DNA from: Pseudomonadota bacterium
GTDB taxonomy: Bacteria > Pseudomonadota > Alphaproteobacteria > RF32 > CAG-239
Assembly (NCBI GenBank): GCA_918234285.1
Contig: CAKJXZ020000051.1
Location: 1 to 21,385, forward strand
DNA: 21,385 nt
Direction of reading: 5' to 3'
Part shown: positions 18,201-21,385 of the stretch, in pieces
How positions within the stretch are numbered: position 1 is the stretch's first letter
Layout of the letters: every line of letters begins with the position of its first letter
Notes under the pieces: model-generated
The model's input: the letters and a program-made list of their open reading frames with translations, nothing else
Databases searched by the model: none
What the model was told of the DNA's origin: nothing
Translations under genes and position numbers: made by a program

Positions 18201-21108
18201 TACTGCCGAGTGCTACCGAATTGGTAATTCCCGAATTCACTTGCGCACCATACCCGAGGGCAACGGAATAATTGCCATATACTTTAGCCTCCCTACCCAT
18301 CGCTATTGCTTGATGTACGCCTTGCGTCGATGTACCAACCGCCGATAAGTGACCGATGGCTATAGCATCAGCACCGTACGCTTTTGCACCATACGTAATG
18401 GCAATGGAACGAACACCGGCAGCCTCTGTCATATAGCCCATTGCAATTGCATCCTCGCCTTTTGCTTTGGCTTCATAACCCTCGGCAAAAGACCAGTCAC
18501 CGCTTGCTTCAGCCTTATAGCCCAATGCCGTTGCATCCTCAGCGGTAGCTTTTGCCATATGTCCTACCGCCGTTGACGCGAATTCGCTCGCTTCCGCCTT
18601 GTAACCGAATGCCGCTGATTGTAATCCCGCCTGAGCTTCGTTACCGAATGCCGCGGACTCTGCTCCGCTTGCCTGAGCCTGATAACCTAATGCCGTAGAT
18701 TTTTCGTTTGCCGTTGTGGTAAAACCGATAGCGGTAGCATAATCCTCGTCAGCCTCAGCACCATAACCTAACGCAATGGAAGCTATACCGCTGGCCGACG
18801 TGGCATTACCGATGGCAATTGCCGACTGACCTCCCGCTTTTGCCGCATTTTTAACGATTATATAGTCATTGGCATCGGCATACACACTCCCTGCTACCGA
18901 ATAAGTCAAAGTCAAACTGGTTTCCGTCGGACCTACCTCGTATGTCGTAACGTTAGTATATTCCGTCGTATTACCGGTTGCACCATCGACAAACTCTCTG
19001 GTCTGACCGGTCAATTTTCTATAATACGTAACGTGTGAACTGCCGGTTTCCGTAAATTTATATAAGCCGTTTCCTAAATCCTCAGTAGTACCGCTACTGG
19101 TATCGGTACCGTTTATTCTGTTCTCAATGGTTTGCAAAGCCGGAATATCCGATATTGCGGTAGCTTTAGTTCCGTCACTGCCGCCGATTGCCGTAGCATA
19201 AAGACCTTCGGCCTCAGTAGCATAACCGATGGCGGTGGAATAATTTTGGGTTTTCGTATTAAAACCTATTGCATTGGCACCGACACCATTCGCTTGCGCA
19301 TTGTAACCGATTGCTACCGCACTCGGAGAGCTTGATTTTGAGGCCTGACCTACTGCCACCGCACCGGCTTCTGCCGTCTCGGCATTAATACCTATTGCCA
19401 CCGAACCGGAACCGTTTGCTTTTGCATTATATCCTTGAGCCAGAGAGTAGTCTCCGCCGGTTTTGGCACTATAACCCAACGCTAAGGAATAAACACCGTG
19501 TTCTCCGAAACTGTCTGTGTAACCTGCCTGCGCCATATTACCGATTGCCACGGCACCACGCGACACTGCTCCCGCGCCCTCTTCATAGTATGTACCGTAG
19601 TCATGATAATTATCATCCGCCCAGTAATATGTTACGGTTACCTTACTGGCCTGACCATCAACTACGTCATACGCATGAACTTTTCTGATAAGTTTATAAT
19701 ACGAAACACCGTCTATTGTCTTTACCGGTGTATCCGAGGTATAATATGTATAATACTCATACCCGGTACCGTCTGTATCACTTTCAACAAATGTACCGTT
19801 GTTCGCTTTAGCAGTATCTATTTGATAATCACGTAATGTCGCATAAGCTTGATCATAACCGCCTTTATCCGGAGCGGCAGCCATATAACCGGTAGCATGC
19901 ATATTGGTATCATCACCGTTTTCTTTGTTACCGATGGCAACGGCAAAGTTACCCGATGCTTCGGCACCGTGTCCCAAAGCAAAAGCCCCTTCTCCGCTTG
20001 CCGTAGCATCAAGTCCGATACCGATGGCGTTATGAGCTGCCTCAGCAGACCCACCAATCGCTACCGCCGCATCTTTCGCAGCCTTAGCGCTAACACCGAT
20101 TGCTACTGAACTGTCTGCCGATGCCACAGCATCCGTACCGAGAGCAACCGCATTGGTATAACTCGCGCTTGAGCCATAACCGAACGCTATCGAGTTTGTA
20201 CCAGTTGACAAAGACTCATAACCGATTGCCGCAGACTTAAATCCGGTCGCTGTAGCACCATAACCGATTGCCATCGCCGCACCATCATTTCTGTGCACAC
20301 TGATTATTTTATCGGAAGCATTTTTTTCCACTGAATATTTGTAACCGTTTGGATTTGAAACTGCATCATATGCCGTTGCATAACCGGCTGTTGCTCCACT
20401 GCCCAAAGCCAAAGAATATTCACTGTTTGCCGCTGCATCACCACCAACAGACACGGCCCGACCGGTGGTAAAATAGTAGCCGCTCAAAGCACCATGCACG
20501 CCATCTACAGCATCTTGATTTTCCTTAGTTAACACACCCTTTGTATACTCATCTAAATCGGTAATACTCTCAGAAAATTCTCTAACCTTATAACCTACTT
20601 CAAACACACTGTTACCGGATGGATTTCCTGTAAATGTACCTGCCGTACCGCCTATCGTAATGGAACCTGCACCTACTGCCGCAGCATCACCGCCGATTGC
20701 AATAGTACTTACAGTTGCCGCGTTTGCATGGTTACCAATCGCAACCGCTCCGGCACCGCGTACTATTGCACTGCGTCCCAACGCCATGGAATACGGCGGT
20801 ATTTCCGTAGAACCTTTCATTCCGGCACCGAAAACACCAACTATTTGCTTACCTTCTCCACATGTGACCGCACTTTCTTTGTAAGTCAAATTTCCATTAC
20901 TATCGGCACACAAAAGACCGGTTTTTGTTCCTGATGTTGGGGTTTGATCATTACTCGCGTAGTAATAGGTTCTGGCTTCCGCATCGTTTGGAGCAGAAAT
21001 TAAAGACGCACCTAGGGCAAATAACCCTACGTTTATCAACCAACACTTTTTCAGCACACTTCTATATTGCGCCGTCAAAAGCCCAATTGCAGTTCTCGTA
21101 TACTTCAT
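3022..21108 (-). CDS. Giant trimeric autotransporter adhesin (type Vc, YadA/BadA/AtaA-like), 6028 aa
   Basis: Uninterrupted 18,087-bp ORF with SD AAGGAG 7 nt upstream and a signal peptide ending AEA. Many 14-aa head repeats (A.G..S.A[IL]G), a neck (ISVG...RRITNV..G....DAVSIAQL), coiled-coil stalk, and a C-terminal YadA anchor ending in F. Confidence 0.97.
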   Translation of the reverse strand: MKYTRTAIGLLTAQYRSVLKKCWLINVGLFALGASLISAPNDAEARTYYYASNDQTPTSGTKTGLLCADSNGNLTYKESAVTCGEGKQIVGVFGAGMKGSTEIPPYSMALGRSAIVRGAGAVAIGNHANAATVSTIAIGGDAAAVGAGSITIGGTAGTFTGNPSGNSVFEVGYKVREFSESITDLDEYTKGVLTKENQDAVDGVHGALSGYYFTTGRAVSVGGDAAANSEYSLALGSGATAGYATAYDAVSNPNGYKYSVEKNASDKIISVHRNDGAAMAIGYGATATGFKSAAIGYESLSTGTNSIAFGYGSSASYTNAVALGTDAVASADSSVAIGVSAKAAKDAAVAIGGSAEAAHNAIGIGLDATASGEGAFALGHGAEASGNFAVAIGNKENGDDTNMHATGYMAAAPDKGGYDQAYATLRDYQIDTAKANNGTFVESDTDGTGYEYYTYYTSDTPVKTIDGVSYYKLIRKVHAYDVVDGQASKVTVTYYWADDNYHDYGTYYEEGAGAVSRGAVAIGNMAQAGYTDSFGEHGVYSLALGYSAKTGGDYSLAQGYNAKANGSGSVAIGINAETAEAGAVAVGQASKSSSPSAVAIGYNAQANGVGANAIGFNTKTQNYSTAIGYATEAEGLYATAIGGSDGTKATAISDIPALQTIENRINGTDTSSGTTEDLGNGLYKFTETGSSHVTYYRKLTGQTREFVDGATGNTTEYTNVTTYEVGPTETSLTLTYSVAGSVYADANDYIIVKNAAKAGGQSAIAIGNATSASGIASIALGYGAEADEDYATAIGFTTTANEKSTALGYQAQASGAESAAFGNEAQAGLQSAAFGYKAEASEFASTAVGHMAKATAEDATALGYKAEASGDWSFAEGYEAKAKGEDAIAMGYMTEAAGVRSIAITYGAKAYGADAIAIGHLSAVGTSTQGVHQAIAMGREAKVYGNYSVALGYGAQVNSGITNSVALGSNSVASANNTISVGNTSSLRRITNVDKGADGSNDAVSIAQLGTGLVRDSNGVYNVDIPAPYTIKDGLILDGNDLSARLGDGLEFDATETAGQQPIKIKLQGNTLSLSGDGLKIADGGVGNTQLANNSVTSDKIFNHTILDEDIVVGTIGTDKLASYSNDSVLSGTNYTTIGGVNDQLATTMSVGQTISHLLQRTNTWSGPSNTFSNNVTVNGNTTLGNAAEDTLTVVGTSDFTGTITASSDITSSGGNITATNGNVSAGGNVSAGGNVSAGGNLSVTGTAEIGDDTTIKGDLLVKDGENTKMSVAHDTGNISTRGTLTVDGSTTLGDNAASDSVTINGKSYLKNDLEVYNQNTKNMSVTASTGDIWTAGSITANTNATINGDTTLGNEASDELLVNANSTFKNNITVKNDADDDRITMAYDTGNIWTYGNFTAKGNTILGDNQASNTLTVNAKTYINGDEIALGNSLDDVLTVNGSSIFKNDMRVDNGKSFTMYSGANQQIKLNGSNGEIIVYNRGGNDPVAVMNRPNDTNGQITLSRWNSAGDTTNMVNVQSTSDGSVLYLNNNFGKSGITLLNSGDTTPQGTLSMYANGNDTDDPTLMAELKSTTSGGTFKLTDGTNLKNEQTKSSITLTNSSGNPSINILTESNGTGTIIVNNASGVAVNTLDEDGITIANSKMLYMGSTDYSVDTGTNPNLRNKITFNGRLIDTFSGSDNLYLDTQAEGSKYGDANTIASTKTVANALGTLSETNYLFDTEFGHSNNTVAENLKRLDSKIDTWEDSYGNITTSLARTGEDSAGGLNPVPTIGDTFEAIDKAIGKVVGGNYVGPYDGNANTNIAANINKLDMQLATTDSGMRNNRSNLAALRGEVGYLSNIDIANKNLTYGGSAAPSTIVDALNNMSYTVGKIHGLANSNGTVSSTDTTSTVGNRTNLNYRAKTVSGQLVALDNAIDKAKTRISNNEAAIGSITDLSSGNYVSEADDLTTATLILDGQVKINENHIGNLSNLSGSAAGKNNLVAAVNAVDSALTREVNRATTAESNLNTAIENETTRATTEEGKLRTAINNEVTRAKGVEGNLNNLRVTIDEGLEVNLVNAINSLKSSLDDLDDEIEHTGTDVGDLSDLKHNAISDKTKVTKAINSLAVNVEAGMGGSFDTNGTWSGTASTYLGDKTVYSLMGAVQHVSDAIGTVSDFGDTPANGLSASNTVNKNLTALSGALTTENRRATREEATLRGDITAESERAAAAEEQLDTKITTEANRAKGVEGVLANLGGHAVGSSNLVAAINAVDQATYDENTRALDAEATLRTAITTETARAKDAEETNAANISGEITRATQAETTLTNNLNALTLTVGSLNNITQNAVSSKSSVTNAINSLASNVSSGMGGSFNSDGVWSGSVQTYKDTNPVTVYKITDAIDHISDTIGTVADLGYTSTSTPKNGISRSNTVNANLAALNKAVGDVSIFKSNSYSNKAKNATDVVDAITKIDTYVSTLGDGVGDLGALTHPAITVSQRTKITSAVNSLATNVANGMGGTFTEGPGTWSDTIRTYKDTADVQVSSIMDAVKYVAGANVIGTAAELGQTDTTTPINGVSASNTINANIGAVNSKLGNVRMFIADNYTGAAKNATTAADAIKAVDQALTAENVRATGAEADLQTSINTVDGRVTTVNNNLTNLTNKVTNIGIGMGGSLTGDGVWSGTIKTYKDANDVPVNSLLEAIRYVAGANVIGTAAELGTEANGVSASNTINKNIGALSSALTGEISRATTRETQINTALEQEVTRATEKETELTGSINTVKINVTNLTNNVNNLSTRVNKISTGMGGAFDANGDWSGTVQTYKDSAAVPVSTVMGAVEHVVGVIGTAAELGTANGVSADNTINANIGALSSALTDEIDRAVGKETELKNSITTVNGRVTTLNTTVENLGTKVTNIGIGMGGNLTDEGVWSGSMKTYRDSATVTYNSIFDAVKKLNTNIGTAAELGTANGVSASNTVNANIGALSSALTVVKNESIARDEVLQTNITNVDNSVTTLGNTVNNLSITVDTLDTTVTNMGNTVNTLNTNVTNLSNWVGAGPFTHNAVSDKSSVTSAVDSLATNVERGMGGLFDTTGTWRATILDNSSISYGQINGATAITGVLSQVVSNIGTRADLGYGIDPVTLEPTTPKNGLSDSNSVNANLAALNTAVGNVGRFSEESYGGTGAVKGSTNVVAAIEALDNHVKNITPGGSGPDISARLEAEITRSTTVDNDMQVEINVLSSRIGTWPTPRNNAITDISSVTNAVESLADNVEAATGGAFQNGGSWKGSVTSYKVATEAEAATPRDFTTIMDAVNYVSGVIGDAEDLGYGTDPVTSEQIVPANGVSKTKTVNENIAALNDALVGVQDDYATKIEVHGINGESGDIVNIGEFADKTNIGTATTGIKLDDTATGKKIEVVADTIKLGDKITINNSNGQTTFSNAGETVKIKDGAIEASGIVASAGLTLTNNTTPVSKVDLGAAPITSGAVDTMATTATVFATVGNAVALDSGNFAGSGDTVADKLAALDLKVGNVNNINVTLDQGVTKNVVNAINKINSLTVAAGTDISHLQAALGNTFDATTGVWSDTLQTYKDANPVEVTDVMAAIKHVAGANVIGTAAELGSANGVSANKTINANIGALSGALSDVKQDLTDKYALKVEVHGDNNTSTIDTVSIGNQADKTEIGTATTGIKLDDTSSGKKIEVVANTIKLGDQITITESTDTTAINGNVTVGGKTTLSNDATTGGLSFGNESTVATSIVNTIGDGSANALATSQAVKNYVGTGDLTLKLNGSTAGTFNANASAGTEIDLGYLVTQATATPAAEIKTNGNTTIIEASADVGSNLTKMANVVKNSADTIANAVTTVEQINLVTDNVYVNDGNLITSGAVRKYVEGIDDTVVHKAGPEDITGTKTFKAAQNFEKTSGANTYTTIIDGKTLTMKNGANTKITLDAQSGDASIGGALGVTGLATLSGGAAVANGQSLTVGNGADGSTAATFNLNGTQAVSQIVNEVTSTDENVLKSQLVTAKAVKNVVDSITVADGGRVIVSDSQKKMVSSGILTNELNQLSGINTDKTIQAQLNDKMDTADWTTTISDVKYIRGDKIAAKSIDSTQLNDDAVTTDKILNENVTKVKLAQDVQTSLDKADTALQNVKINGTPLTKTNNAVDIAVVVDADDVEEPGTPSGYANDGKLISSGAVREYVTGAVSNKVSKTGDTMSGALTINNGAVTDLSLTTSGYIAATGGVKFDSEERIMKGTFTGDLDLGEEGDGGNNYTLVTTKALASTLYNEAQNGGYSFGDGADKYITNVDTTIGDAITRLNKGLKTVSGNALTTIMVNGDTVTPSGNAVNITIGESTKSGNISVNGRNVAVRNVVTTDGEQNITDTKTFKAKQKFTKSEQQTVEEQEVTVNYETDIDGKTLTMGKVGDATITLNGADGSSVFDGHMQVDGGIGTTTLNTSGAITSGGLITASAGVNTTTLTASGLVTANKGITVKDGEKLTFNNAELSKVLKGTATLTNEDEAIATSRVIKKAITDATYHMATTDWVQGNNGAQLANFTVSGDNNILAGSTRNIGEAINYLGQQTYTIKNKFGTDAELGYDSSDPTKLPANNIRKENTVNANIAALNTTIGDLDDLEVTLDSSVEKNVVNAINKVNRDLQTASGYMAGYVTKPEVFGVDGESGDHVVLGGFADTTTIGTTTTGIKVDTTNTGNKVEVSADTIKLGDKVTVNNSGLTTFGTGSNTVNIQNGAIEATGNTTTGGLVIKNGKDTTAYTSQTITRIDADSTNPLTEGSATTLATTQTVARTVGDVASLDTGNFAGTEGTVYDKLYKLDDIIGAFSALGGDSSKGISSRSKLTNAIASLANNVSNGMGGTFNAGTGAWSGQIQTYKDTSAVTIDSLMEGINHVVDVIGTAADLGYTVDPDDPTAQIAPKNGLLKSNTVNANLAALNTVIGDKSIFNATSGYTGKAKNAADLVHAIAAVDTAVVQEITRAQSVEGDINNLDPALNLTGDDKNLVNAINKVNETVKAIDGDYVTQAEIHGGTGHTDIVFGDVADTTTIGTTTTGIKIDTTNTGKKVEVKADTIKLGDKVTVSNGSGLTTFGVGSSTVKIQNGAVEAAGNVKAGGLVLTNNTTPISKVDLGTAPITSGATDTMATTATVYATVGNVASLTTGNFDGSGNTVEAKLSALDTAVGDVSSLTTGNFDGSGDHVVDKLDALNDAIGDKSALGSNASNGIKNKSDVTHAIASLAENVGGGMGGEFNATTGKWSGSVKTYKDASPVAVTNIMSAVSHVSDVIGTVEDLGYDDTDPDHPITPKNGVDMGKTVNANIAAVNAAVGDTSTLAGTWAPSETKNVVNAINKINTLVVTAGEDIDNIEDSFGGNGFDSDGNWSASASTYKSTITVTKMMDAVNHISNTIGSVADLGYDNSDPLNPIEPKNGVLKTNTVNANIAAVNAAVGDTSTLAGTWAPSETKNVVNAINKVNNLVNTATTEISNIKNSFGGEFDATGEWKATISTYYKTDSNIHTVVDAVQVVSDTIGTAGQLTTGTQTALSGSQTVNQNLRALNNALEAAKQSFSTDYVTKPEIHGDNDPSTTDTITIGDQAAKTVIGTTTTGVMVDTTDSGSGTRVDIAGDRVNIGTTVEVNNQTGNVTFRGGTGNVEINNGNVSATSITIGGNTADSIDTGTAITPANASPTTLATTATVAATVSSAMGGEIDPTTGKWTARVSTYLSTINAESFLQAINHVSNTIGTAADLGSDMNGVSQTNTVNTNIAAVNSTIGNLSGLAKDLKNLTNGKGDEYNPQNVVEVLNNIDSTMGRIHGLANADGTVNSTRVASTVGNGTNLAKGTTIEDHLVSLDNAIGSRNYTSTNIVAKNSSTAAAISALDKSIGSAADLGKDPINGVKAGNSVNANIAAVNTALGDISQFKNSYLLTEAASMTDAVKRLDAQIYGMSSAVNQVANQLNDVRKEMRGGLASAAALSALVPNSRSEGKTSLSLGLGGYKGTQGVAVGGFHYFTDNLLFNVGASMGVDSEAMYRVGMTYTF
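17387..17440. repeat. 18-bp x3 in-frame tandem repeat (NVSAGG) inside the adhesin
   Basis: ttgcc(g/a/t)ccggccgaaaca three times, differing only at one synonymous position. Confidence 0.9.
18082..20790 (-). other. YadA-like head-repeat region (several blocks) and neck of the adhesin
   Basis: Repeated S/A-x-A-I/L/F-G motifs at roughly 14-aa spacing; neck motif at about 18082-18174. Confidence 0.9.
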
Positions 21109-21115
21109 AGCACGT

Positions 21116-21121
21116 CTCCTT
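21116..21121 (-). promoter_or_regulatory. Shine-Dalgarno sequence of the adhesin gene
   Basis: AAGGAG on the minus strand, 7 nt before ATG 21108. Confidence 0.85.
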
Positions 21122-21166
21122 CTTAATAATCACGCTACAATATTATTTAAATATATTATTTACCGC

Positions 21167-21195
21167 ATTCTATTCGCAATTTAGGTAAAAGTCAA
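21167..21195 (-). promoter_or_regulatory. sigma70-type promoter of the adhesin gene
   Basis: Minus strand TTGACT (21195-21190), N17, TAGAAT (21172-21167). Confidence 0.7.
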
Positions 21196-21288
21196 GCTTT
21201 ATTATTACTTTTGACACGTCAAAATGGAGAGGAAAATAAGCTGAAATATTATCGTTTTACCTCACTCCATGCGATGAAAAAAAAATAT

Positions 21289-21385
21289 TGTCATCGCTCG
21301 GTCTGCGCGGTGCGGCAGACGGTCCAGCGATCTGACCTTTTGGCACGACAGTGCCACTTCCGAATCTTATCGTCATACCTCGCAC
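21289..21385. repeat. Possible GTCAT-type REP-like palindromic elements (one complete, one cut by the window edge)
   Basis: tgtc-atcgct...gtctg-cgcggtgcgg-cagac...agcgat-ct nested hairpin, then tggcac-gaca-gtgcca. A second cgtcatacctcg start lies at the edge. Resembles alphaproteobacterial GTCAT... intergenic palindromes from memory. Confidence 0.4.

Noticed and set aside
3022-21108. Diversity-generating retroelement or shufflon acting on the adhesin
   Set aside because: No reverse transcriptase or invertase, no adenine-specific TR/VR pair, and no inverted cassettes seen.
3283-21110. Dozens of + strand and alternative-frame ORFs (up to 407 aa) within the adhesin
   Set aside because: Shadow ORFs expected from the biased Thr/Asn/Gly/Val codon content of the real gene; no recognisable domains.
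21277-21285. A9 tract as a phase-variation switch
   Set aside because: It lies about 80 bp upstream of the -35, outside the spacer and the CDS, in an AT-rich hairpin loop. No support from sequence alone.

Overview
Bacterial (Gram-negative, probably alphaproteobacterial) chromosomal window. About 85% of it is one minus-strand gene (3022-21108, 6028 aa) encoding a giant trimeric autotransporter adhesin. It has an atypical extended signal peptide, YadA-type head repeats broken by Tyr-rich inserts, one canonical neck, a long stalk of non-canonical repeated modules and phage-tail-fibre-like motifs, and a classic C-terminal YadA anchor. Downstream lie an OmpH/Skp-like protein with an apparent N-terminal membrane anchor and a tRNA-Lys(CTT). 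Further left are a divergent acyl-carrier-protein-like ORF lacking the canonical Ser, an AsmA-family protein, a REP-like palindrome and the 3' end of a gene built from 63-bp tandem repeats. The most unusual non-coding structure is the pair of ~180-bp units after the tRNA. Each unit has a terminator hairpin, an inverted copy of the tRNA 3' half, and a direct copy of the T-arm/acceptor end split in the T-loop by a variable 75-86 nt insert. All family calls come from motif recognition by eye; no searches were run.
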